Shown: positions 1-7,262 of the stretch, in pieces
Layout: every line of letters begins with the position of its first letter
How positions within the stretch are numbered: position 1 is the stretch's first letter
Assembly (NCBI GenBank): GCA_036679605.1
Contig: JAZDCZ010000150.1
Coordinates: 1 to 18,824 of the forward strand
DNA: 18,824 bases
DNA from: Gemmatimonadota bacterium
Lineage (GTDB): Bacteria; Gemmatimonadota; Gemmatimonadetes; Gemmatimonadales; GWC2-71-9
Direction: 5' to 3'
The notes under the pieces: generated by a model
The model's input: only the letters and a program-made list of their open reading frames with translations
What the model was told of the DNA's origin: nothing
The model's database searches: none
Made by a program: the position numbers and the translations under genes

Positions 1-1
1 T

Positions 2-238
2 GGGCCAGCCTCCTGGTTCTTGGGCCTCAAGAGCCCGTCCTTTGATATTGGGAACCTCTACAAGGTATCCCGCCATCGGGAGGTTGGCCTTCTCATCTCA
101 ATCTCGGCAGCGCTCCGCGCTGGATGATCCTAAAGGGAGTTTATTTGGGAAGCACCTTCTCAAGGTGCGTCACGAAGTGCCGAGCTGGCGTTCGTTAACG
201 CCGGAACACCCCCCCTGGGCGCACGCAGCAATTGCGCC
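2..238 (+). ncRNA. Putative structured non-coding RNA or structured repeat (unidentified; may be truncated by the window edge)
   Basis: Nested helices read directly: 3-14/78-89 (12 bp), 15-22/28-35, 50-57/63-71, 103-109/178-184, 152-158/162-168, 185-192/197-204, 218-223/233-238. The non-Watson-Crick pairs noted are G-U on the + strand. No convincing protein in any frame. No RNA family recognised. Confidence 0.4.
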
Positions 239-241
239 GTG

Positions 242-592
242 TCAGCGGACCGGAAGCCCGAGCACATCTCCCATAGCCTCGCCAACGCGCCGCAACAGCT
301 CGTCGGGAACTCGAGTGAGCGGGCCTTGCACCAAGCGACGGTTGTCGATCGCGCGGACCTGATCGATCAACGATTCGGAGTCGCGCCGCAGTTGACCCGC
401 AGCGGGAACGCGGACACGCAAGGGCTCGGCATCGGTCACCAGGCGCGTTGTGAGTGGGACGACTATAGACGAAGGGTGACCGGCGTCGAGCAGCGCCTGG
501 GCCTGGACGATAAGCACCGGCCGAGTCTTGCCGGGCTCCGTGCCGTGCCCTGGGTTGAGATCAGCAAGCCAGACCTCGCCCCGTCTAATCAC
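242..592 (-). CDS. mazF: Type II TA toxin, PemK/MazF family endoribonuclease (116 aa)
   Basis: IRRGEVWLADLNP..G.EPGKTRPVLIVQ, VVPLTT and IDQVRAIDNRRL motifs. GTG start at 592 overlaps the antitoxin end by 8 nt; the ORF-track start at 724 lies inside the antitoxin. Confidence 0.93.
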   Translation of the reverse strand: MIRRGEVWLADLNPGHGTEPGKTRPVLIVQAQALLDAGHPSSIVVPLTTRLVTDAEPLRVRVPAAGQLRRDSESLIDQVRAIDNRRLVQGPLTRVPDELLRRVGEAMGDVLGLPVR

Positions 593-821
593 TAGGATCG
601 CTCTCGACCTCTGCGAACTCGGCATTGACCCGCATGCTTTCACCGCGTACGCGTTGGGACACCTCGGCCATCCGCGTGTCTCGCTGCCGTTCCTCCGCGC
701 GTCGGTTCGCCTCGCTAATCGCACGGCGGATGTATTCAGTGCGGCTGAGGCCCAGCGCCTCAGCTACCCGGCCGCTTGCCTCTAGGAGTTCGTCGGGGAG
801 CTTGAGTGAGATAGCCTTCAT
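585..821 (-). CDS. Ribbon-helix-helix (CopG-like) antitoxin of the MazF toxin (78 aa)
   Basis: KAISLKLPDELL..GLSRTEYIRRAI RHH pattern, acidic C-terminus, AAGGAG RBS at 828-833, directly upstream of mazF. Confidence 0.9.
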   Translation of the reverse strand: MKAISLKLPDELLEASGRVAEALGLSRTEYIRRAISEANRRAEERQRDTRMAEVSQRVRGESMRVNAEFAEVESDPSD

Positions 822-834
822 GAATATCTCCTTG

Positions 835-853
835 GTATATCAATGAGTATATC
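835..853 (-). promoter_or_regulatory. Probable mazEF promoter -10 and autoregulatory operator
   Basis: GTATATC direct repeat at 835-841 and 847-853; minus-strand TATACT hexamer at 846-851 overlaps it. Confidence 0.55.
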
Positions 854-914
854 CACAATCACTATCCCGACACAAGCCTCTAGCCTGCACGCCGTATGAT
901 CGCGGCCTCGACTG

Positions 915-2222
915 TCACCCCCCGGCTTTTGACCGCTCGTCCTCATGTGCCTGCAGGTAATCCATCAAGATGTTGGCCATCGCGCGCATTCCCACCGGGA
1001 TCGATCCGTCATCCGCCTGAAAGTCCGGGGTGTGGTGTCCACCTGACGTGGTGCCTGGCTTCACCGATCCGAGTCGGAAGAAAAACCCCGGCGCCTCGTT
1101 GGCGAAGTAGGCGAAGTCCTCACCGCCCATTGTGGGCTCAATCTGGAAGACGTTGTCCTTCCCAACGACGCGTTCGATGATCGGTACCATCTCGTTGGTC
1201 AGAGCGATGTTATTGATGGTGGCCGGCGTGCCGCGATTGTATTCCAGTTCGTAGGTTCCTCCACCGGCTTGCGTGATGCCCGCGACGATCTCTTTCATGC
1301 GTCGCTCGATAGCATCTCTGACCTCAGGGTTATAGGTCCGCACGGTGCCCTCGAGGTGGACTTGCGCAGGGATGATGTTGAACCGCTCGCCGCCTCGAAT
1401 GATGCCGACGGTCACGACGCTTGGCTCGAGTGGTGGGAGATTGCGCGAGCGAATGGTTTGGAGCGCCATTACGACCTGCGATGCCATCACTACAGGGTCC
1501 ACGCTTTGGTGGGGCTGAGCACCGTGAGCCTGCTTTCCTTTGATCTCGATATTGAAATGATCGACCGCGGCCAAGGCCGGACCCGGCGTGTAACCGATGG
1601 TTCCGACATCCATCTCAGAAAAGGTGTGCAGGCCAAAAACCGCTGACGGTTTGAAATTGCCGAACACACCTTCGCGGATCATGAGATCCGCTCCGCCTTC
1701 TTCGCCGGGTGGCGGTCCCTCTTCTGCCGGTTGGAAAATGAACATGATCGTGCCGGGAATCTCGTCACGCATCGAAGCGAGCACCGAGACAACACCCATC
1801 TGAACGGCGGTATGGACGTCGTGTCCACAGGCGTGGCTCACACCCACATCCTTGCCTAGATAAGTGGTGCGCAGCACGGACTTGAACTCGTATGGTGTGT
1901 CTTCGGTAACCGGCAGCGCATCCATATCGGCGCGGACGGCAATGAGGGTTCCAGGTTTCCCGCCCCGGAGGATGCCCACCACCCCCGTATGTGCGATGCC
2001 CCTCGTCACCTCGAGACCGAGATCCTCCATGTGTTGCGCCACCAGAGCCGCGGTCTTGAACTCGCGATTGCCCAGTTCCGGGTTTTGGTGGATCTGATGA
2101 CGGTGCTCGGTGATGTCGGCTCTGTACCGCTCAACAGCCTTGTCGATCGCACTACTCTGCGCTACGGCAACGGCGGGTGCTAGCGTGACGGCGATGATAA
2201 TGAAGATCTTCGGGAATCGCAC
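915..2222 (-). CDS. M20D family amidohydrolase (AbgB/aminoacylase-like) with N-terminal signal peptide (435 aa)
   Basis: HQNPELG, RADMDALP, HACGHD, FQPAEEG, GGEDFAY, HHTPDF motifs. GTG at 2222 follows AAGGAG; signal-like MRFPKIFIIIAVTLAPAVAVA-Q. Confidence 0.93.
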   Translation of the reverse strand: MRFPKIFIIIAVTLAPAVAVAQSSAIDKAVERYRADITEHRHQIHQNPELGNREFKTAALVAQHMEDLGLEVTRGIAHTGVVGILRGGKPGTLIAVRADMDALPVTEDTPYEFKSVLRTTYLGKDVGVSHACGHDVHTAVQMGVVSVLASMRDEIPGTIMFIFQPAEEGPPPGEEGGADLMIREGVFGNFKPSAVFGLHTFSEMDVGTIGYTPGPALAAVDHFNIEIKGKQAHGAQPHQSVDPVVMASQVVMALQTIRSRNLPPLEPSVVTVGIIRGGERFNIIPAQVHLEGTVRTYNPEVRDAIERRMKEIVAGITQAGGGTYELEYNRGTPATINNIALTNEMVPIIERVVGKDNVFQIEPTMGGEDFAYFANEAPGFFFRLGSVKPGTTSGGHHTPDFQADDGSIPVGMRAMANILMDYLQAHEDERSKAGG

Positions 2223-2380
2223 AGTGTCTCCTTGCAGAGTCGTTAATGTGGGTCGAGCAGAAAGATACGCTCGGCCGGGCACAACCGAAATGCCGCAGGG
2301 TGGTACGTGATTCTGCGCGCGGCCCCGGTTTAGATTGAAGGCAGATCGCTGATCTCAAGTCCCCGATAGAGGAGATTGAC

Positions 2381-3535
2381 ATGATCCGGACTTCGTTAAC
2401 ACTCACGGCCGCTGGGCTCTTATTGTCGGTTGCGACACCCGCTACCGGCCAGTCGCCGGTCTACCGGTCTGCCTACCACGACTACCGTATAGTCACAGTG
2501 GCGGATGGGCTCGAGCACCCGTGGTCGATTGCGTTTCTTCCCGGAGGCGACATGCTGATAACAGAGCGGCCCGGCCGACTCCGCATAGTTCGCGACGGCA
2601 AGCTGCTCGCAGATCCGGTGCCCGGGGTTCCCGAGGTCTTCGCCCGCGGGCAGGGCGGGCTGCTGGATGTGGTCCCTCATCCGGATTTTGCGTCGAACCG
2701 TCTCATCTATCTGAGCTACTCGAAGCCGAAGGGCGACGGCTCGACAACCGCGGTGGTGCGCGGCCGGTTCGAGAACGATCGCCTGACAAATGTCGAAGAG
2801 ATCTTCGAGGCGGTATCGCAAGGTCGCGGACACTACGGTTCGCGCCTCGCGTTCGATGGGAACGGCTTTATTTTCATCACGGTCGGAGACCGTCAAGTAC
2901 CCTCTCGTGGAGACCTCGAGGCTCACCCTGCACAGGACCTCTCGAACAACCACGGTACCATCAACCGCCTCCATGACGACGGCCGCGTTCCTGCCGACAA
3001 CCCCTTCGTCGGTCAAACAGGCGCCCGCCCCGAGATCTGGAGCTACGGGCACAGGAATCCGCAGGGACTCGCGATTCATCCGGCGACCGGAGACCTCTGG
3101 GCCGACGAGCACGGACCTCAGGGGGGAGACGAATTAAACCTCATTCTTCCGGGGCGTAACTACGGCTGGCCCGTGGTCGGGTACGGTGTCAACTACGGCA
3201 GTGGTACCGCGATCCATGAGGGAACGCGCCGGGACGGAATGGAATCGCCCATCCACTTCTGGGTGCCGTCGATTGCCACCGCAGGGCTCTTGATCTACAC
3301 CGGTGACCGCTTTCCCGAGTGGCGCGGGAACATGTTCGTCGGCGGCATGGCAGGGCAGCAGCTCGCACGCCTAACCATGGACGGGCAAAAGGTCGAAATA
3401 GAAGAGACGTTGGTTCACGGGCTCGGTCGTATCCGGGATGTTCGCCAGGGACCGGACGGGTATATCTACCTGGCCATCGACGACCGCCGTGGAGCGCCCA
3501 CGTCCGTAGTCAGGCTGGAGCCGGTGGAGAACTAA
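2381..3535 (+). CDS. PQQ-dependent soluble sugar dehydrogenase (GSDH/YliI family), exported
   Basis: GLEHPWSIAFLP, GQGGLLDV..HPDF, GHYGSRL, WSYGHRNPQG, EHGPQGGDELN, NYGWP, RIRDVRQGPDG; AGGAG RBS; signal peptide. Confidence 0.95.
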   Translation: MIRTSLTLTAAGLLLSVATPATGQSPVYRSAYHDYRIVTVADGLEHPWSIAFLPGGDMLITERPGRLRIVRDGKLLADPVPGVPEVFARGQGGLLDVVPHPDFASNRLIYLSYSKPKGDGSTTAVVRGRFENDRLTNVEEIFEAVSQGRGHYGSRLAFDGNGFIFITVGDRQVPSRGDLEAHPAQDLSNNHGTINRLHDDGRVPADNPFVGQTGARPEIWSYGHRNPQGLAIHPATGDLWADEHGPQGGDELNLILPGRNYGWPVVGYGVNYGSGTAIHEGTRRDGMESPIHFWVPSIATAGLLIYTGDRFPEWRGNMFVGGMAGQQLARLTMDGQKVEIEETLVHGLGRIRDVRQGPDGYIYLAIDDRRGAPTSVVRLEPVEN

Positions 3536-3572
3536 CGACCGCGTACGGAAAGTGGTAGGGCCGCCTCCCTAT

Positions 3573-3611
3573 GCATTCTATTATGAATGCGTTACATTCA
3601 ATATATGAATG
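3573..3611 (+). promoter_or_regulatory. Tandem palindromic operators and -10 element of vapBC
   Basis: GCATTC-N6-GAATGC (3573-3590) and CATTC-N7-GAATG (3595-3611); TACATT at 3593-3598. Confidence 0.65.
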
Positions 3612-3877
3612 CACCATCCGACCCTCCCAAGTATCTCACCGTCCGCAACCTGCCCCCCCGGGTCTCCGAGGCCCTTGAGACCGAGAAAAGGCGCCAACAG
3701 ACGTCGCTCAACCAGACCGTAATCGACCTACTTCGAAAGAGCCTCGGCATCGAGCTGGCCGACGCGTCCACCAATGGACTGAGGCGGCTCGCCGGATCGT
3801 GGTCCGGCGCTGACCTCGAGCGGTTCGAGGAGGCCGTCGCACCCACCGAGCAGGTCGATCCCGAACTCTGGCGGTGA
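3605..3877 (+). CDS. FitA/VapB-like RHH antitoxin (about 90 aa; alternative start 3587)
   Basis: YLTVRNLPP.V..AL...SLNQTVIDLL RHH pattern; C-terminal LAGSWS..D..FE..VDPELW; GTGA overlap with vapC. Confidence 0.85.
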   Translation: MNAPSDPPKYLTVRNLPPRVSEALETEKRRQQTSLNQTVIDLLRKSLGIELADASTNGLRRLAGSWSGADLERFEEAVAPTEQVDPELWR

Positions 3878-4281
3878 GCCGGTACTGTCTCGACACCTCG
3901 GCATATAGCCACTTCAAGCGCGGCGATCCGCAGGTCGTCACCCTTATCGACACCGCGGACTGGATTGGCCTACCGTCGACAGCAATAGGCGAATTGTGGG
4001 TAGGGTTTCTGAGCGGCGGTAGGTTGGCGGAGAACCAGCAAGAACTTCGCGAGTTTCTCGCACACCCCGTCGTGCACGAACTCGTGGTCGATCGAAACGT
4101 AGCCCAGGTGTTTGGCGAGATCGTTACGACGCTGAGGCAAGCCGGCACACCTCTACCCACAAACGACATCTGGATGGCGGCCACCGCAGCCGTCGCCGGC
4201 GCAACGGTGTTGACCTACGATCGCCACTTCGAGACGATTTCAAGGGTCGGTGCGGTAGTACTAGATACAGAATCTTCTTGA
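3874..4281 (+). CDS. vapC: Type II TA toxin, VapC PIN-domain ribonuclease
   Basis: PIN acidic residues in LDTSAY, IGEL, PTNDIW.AA and LTYDRHF; translationally coupled to the antitoxin. Confidence 0.95.
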   Translation: MSRYCLDTSAYSHFKRGDPQVVTLIDTADWIGLPSTAIGELWVGFLSGGRLAENQQELREFLAHPVVHELVVDRNVAQVFGEIVTTLRQAGTPLPTNDIWMAATAAVAGATVLTYDRHFETISRVGAVVLDTESS

Positions 4282-4304
4282 GTCGTGCGACCGTATCGTG
4301 CCGC

Positions 4305-4517
4305 ATGAACATGCCAAGGCCCCTCTTCGGCAAGAGTGAGGTCTGGTGGGCGCTGAGTTATTTCGGTGTCTACCTGGTCTACCACTCTGCGATTGGCGGT
4401 GAATCAGATGCCATGCACTGGCTTGGCCTGGTCATTCTTCCGATGGGCATGCTCGCTGCCGTCCAGTGGGTCGCTGCGGGAAAATTTTCTTTCTGGAAAA
4501 CCTTGCGATCGGTGGGG
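4305..4517 (+). pseudogene. Truncated membrane-protein N-terminus (possibly CPBP/CAAX-protease-like)
   Basis: Two hydrophobic segments (WWALSYFGVYLVY; HWLGLVILPMGMLAAVQW) ending LRSVG. The rest of ORF 4278-4802 loses this character, has no EExxxR motif and overlaps the next gene on the opposite strand. Confidence 0.35.
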
Positions 4518-4676
4518 AGTCATCTTGATGTCAACACGGCGAATCGTGAAGACGGAGTGGGACCAGTTAGCTGGCTGGGCTTTCGGGGGGTCAAGCGGCG
4601 GATCGAGCTGTGTAATCAATTCTTGAACTATCTGAGATTCAAAGACGCCCTCGGTCAATCGGTACGGTCAGAGCAT

Positions 4677-4958
4677 CTAGCCTGTATCCGCACGCGGCAA
4701 GGCCTCCGGCTGCCGCTGCGCGCTCAAGAGTCGCTCGGCGAAATCGAGTCGCTCATGCAGTTCGCGATGGTCTCCTCGGAGACCATCTATTTGGCCTCGT
4801 AAGTCGGCAACTACTTCTGCTAATCGATCAACCTCGTCGGCCGAGCTAATGATGTGCTTTCGCATGTTGATCAAAGCGCGGACCCAAAACCCGCCGAGCA
4901 AGCCGCCCGACACTGTCATCGCGAGCACTAGTAGCCCAATCAACAACGTGGGATCCAA
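4677..4958 (-). CDS. Small membrane protein: N-terminal TM helix plus coiled coil (hypothetical, 93 aa)
   Basis: AAAGGAGG RBS before the TTG start; TM segment, heptad pattern and ELHERLDFAERLL tail. Confidence 0.85.
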   Translation of the reverse strand: MDPTLLIGLLVLAMTVSGGLLGGFWVRALINMRKHIISSADEVDRLAEVVADLRGQIDGLRGDHRELHERLDFAERLLSAQRQPEALPRADTG

Positions 4959-5101
4959 GGTTCGGCCTCCTTTCTCCTCGCACCCAATCTACGACGCAAG
5001 AGCACGAAAGGTTGCAGTGCGGGACGTTTGACTTGAACGAGAAGTGGCCGTCAATACTACCTTGCAGGCTGGCAGCTTGACACTATCGGAGTAGGTGCTT
5101 G

Positions 5102-6010
5102 ATGCGCCCAGACAAAGCCAGCAAATCTGCGGTGCAGGTCGCCCAGATGCTCATCTTCGTGGGATGTGACCCGCGCCGATCGCAGGTTCCACCTTCCGGC
5201 TCTGTCGAGCTAACCCGGCAGCTCCTTTCGGCGCAGCGCCTTTGGCGACCCCTGTATGAGCGTCTCTCCCGGAGTCGTTGGTACCAGCGACTCATCGATT
5301 TGGTGGTTGAGCCTCTGGGACCGGGACACTTGACCTACCTCGCACTAAGAAAGCGCTTCCTGAACCAGGAGACCCGAGAGGCAATTCAGAAAGGAGCTTT
5401 GCAACTGCTGATAGTTGGCGGCGGTTTCGATACTCTTGCGCTCCGGATAGCGCGTGAACACAGCCAGGTTGCGGTGTTCGAGATCGACCATCCTGCGAGC
5501 CAGCGGGTGAAAGTAGATGCCGTGAAGGCGTTGGGCGGTGCACCGGAGAACCTCGACTTCTTGGCTGTAGATCTCGCGGTCACTCCGCTTTCCGATGTAA
5601 TGCGCGATTGTGGATGGGATTACCAGAAGCCTTCGGTGGTGGTTGTTGAGGGGGTGCTCATGTACCTCGAGAAGGCTGCGGTAGAATCTCTGCTCGAGGC
5701 TGTTTGCAAACTGACCCCCAGCGGCAGCATGCTTCTGTTTTCCTGGTTCGAGGTCGGCCCGGATGGTCGCATCAACCTGGGCCGGTTCCCCCGGCTCATG
5801 AAGCTTTCTTTCTCCCTGGCAGGAGAACCGCTCCGATGGACAACTACCGAAGCTGACCTGATCGCTCGACTCGCTCACCACGACCTCCGGTTCGACGCGG
5901 ATCCGGCCCGCTACGACCTTCGTCGGCGATTCCTCGAACCTGAGGGACTGGGCAACCTCGAGGTAGGCAAACTGGAACGCGTCGGCGTGGCGGAGAGGAT
6001 CGCTCGATGA
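5102..6010 (+). CDS. Class I SAM-dependent methyltransferase, leucine-carboxyl-methyltransferase-like (LCM/YktD type)
   Basis: LRKRFL, QLLIVGGGFDT, FEIDHPASQ.VK, VDL, VVEGVLMYL and GEPLRW motifs. Confidence 0.9.
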   Translation: MRPDKASKSAVQVAQMLIFVGCDPRRSQVPPSGSVELTRQLLSAQRLWRPLYERLSRSRWYQRLIDLVVEPLGPGHLTYLALRKRFLNQETREAIQKGALQLLIVGGGFDTLALRIAREHSQVAVFEIDHPASQRVKVDAVKALGGAPENLDFLAVDLAVTPLSDVMRDCGWDYQKPSVVVVEGVLMYLEKAAVESLLEAVCKLTPSGSMLLFSWFEVGPDGRINLGRFPRLMKLSFSLAGEPLRWTTTEADLIARLAHHDLRFDADPARYDLRRRFLEPEGLGNLEVGKLERVGVAERIAR

Positions 6011-6021
6011 CCGCCGGTTAG

Positions 6022-6111
6022 CACCACTGTGATCGTCGCAATGAGGGAGCTGCTGCCGACTTCGATCACCGAAATGTTGTCGGCGGCTTCGTTCGGCACC
6101 CACGCAGATTT
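6022..6111 (-). pseudogene. Single YVTN-type beta-propeller repeat relic
   Basis: KSAWVPNEAADNISVIEVGSSSLIATITV matches the AYVTNxxxxxVSVIDxxxxxVxATIxV pattern; in-frame TGA at 6115-6117 lies inside the higBA operator. Confidence 0.55.
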
Positions 6112-6149
6112 ATGTCATAATTGACATAATATCCATTTTGACATATATT
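6111..6149 (+). promoter_or_regulatory. Sigma70-type promoter with overlapping palindromic operator for the higBA-like operon
   Basis: TTGACA (6121-6126)-N17-TATATT (6144-6149); perfect palindrome TATGTCA-N4-TGACATA at 6111-6128; degenerate second copy ending TGACATA at 6139-6145. Confidence 0.8.
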
Positions 6150-6155
6150 GGTTCT

Positions 6156-6479
6156 GTGGGTAAACCGTTGGTGTTGTATGAGACAATTACCACTCCTCCA
6201 ATGGGGGAAGAGGCACGCAGGGAGACCGGCTATTTGCTGCGGATGGTCCAGGAGGGACTGTCCCTTGGTATGCCGCATTCACGGCCAATGCCAGGCATCG
6301 GTGGTGGGTGCCATGAACTCAGGGTGAATGACAAGAGTCAGACGTGGCGAACAATCTACTATATCGGAAAGGACATCGTCGTGCTACACGTCTTCAGTAA
6401 GAAGACGAAGCAGACGCCGAAGACAGTAATTGATCTGTGTAAGGAGAGGCTAAAGGCCTACAAAGCCGAAATGGCCTGA
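6156..6479 (+). CDS. RelE/ParE-superfamily toxin, HigB-like (DUF891/Gp49 type), 107 aa
   Basis: TPP..EAR.ETGYLLR.VQ.G, MPHSRPMP.IG.GCHELRVND, WR.IY, VLHVFSKKT.QTP; toxin-first order. GTG 6156 preferred because TTG 6138 lies inside the promoter. Confidence 0.9.
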   Translation: MGKPLVLYETITTPPMGEEARRETGYLLRMVQEGLSLGMPHSRPMPGIGGGCHELRVNDKSQTWRTIYYIGKDIVVLHVFSKKTKQTPKTVIDLCKERLKAYKAEMA

Positions 6480-6514
6480 ATGGTCGCGACAATAAACTAG
6501 GCAAGGCAACAACG

Positions 6515-6844
6515 ATGGCAAAAAGCAGAAAAGAGCGCCTGAAGAAGGCAGGCTTCAGAGAGTCAACGGTTCAGGAGTTCCTCGATCTGAGTGAGGCCGA
6601 GATGCGGTATATCGAACTCAAGGTGGCATTGGCAAAAGCCGTCAGGCAACGACGAGTTGAGAAACTCAGGATCTCGCAGCAGAGGTTCGCAGAGCGAATT
6701 GGCTCAAGCCAATCCCGAGTTGCAAAGATTGAAGCTGGTGACCCGTCTGTATCGATGGATCTGCTAATGCGATCGTTGGTATACACCGGCTCCACTGCTC
6801 AGGAAATCAGCAATGCAATCGCATCGGCATCGAAGACTGCTTAG
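6515..6844 (+). CDS. XRE-family helix-turn-helix antitoxin (HigA-like)
   Basis: TVQEFLDLS, ISQ.RFAERIGSSQSRVAKIEAGDPSVS.DLL; directly downstream of the toxin. Confidence 0.9.
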   Translation: MAKSRKERLKKAGFRESTVQEFLDLSEAEMRYIELKVALAKAVRQRRVEKLRISQQRFAERIGSSQSRVAKIEAGDPSVSMDLLMRSLVYTGSTAQEISNAIASASKTA

Positions 6845-6873
6845 TGGGAGTGCTGATTTCGGTCATTAGCCGC

Positions 6874-7050
6874 CTATTCTTCTCCGAAGAAGCGCCTTCT
6901 CACCGCATCGTTCACCGGCACCTCTGGCCCCAGGGCAAAGAGGTCCGGTAGCCGAGTTCCGTCCGCGAGGGCGGTGGTGGGGCGGCGGGTGATCTCAGAC
7001 GTGCGTGCCAAGATATAGTTCTGGGCACGTGTCCCGCCAGACTGCCCGCG
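6874..7050 (-). pseudogene. Possible C-terminal fragment of an unidentified gene
   Basis: Protein-like tail RAQNYILARTSEITRRPTTALADGTRLPDLFALGPEVPVNDAVRRRFFGEE with GC-rich codons; the upstream part of ORF 6874-7242 does not look protein-like. No family recognised. Confidence 0.25.
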
Positions 7051-7262
7051 GCAGCGACCACGGAAGGCTTGTCCGAGTCGTTGCTCACAACTCTTGGCAC
7101 CATAGTTCGCAAGGCAAACCGATCGCACCAGTCTGCACTCCACCCTGCGCATACGGTGACTCGAAGCTAGTTTCCCCAGAACACGGATCATTATCTCGGA
7201 CCCGGCCCTCCCGACCGGACCCCGAAACCGACCAAGAACCAAACGAACGAGGCCGAAAAACC

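Noticed and set aside
2298..2310. T-box-like GGGTGGTAC
   Set aside because: Lacks the following CGCG, terminator and stem I; the downstream gene is not amino-acid related.
7005..7262. 86-aa N-terminal extension of the BNR protein in the ORF track
   Set aside because: Low-complexity and non-protein-like; the signal peptide begins at ATG 7263.
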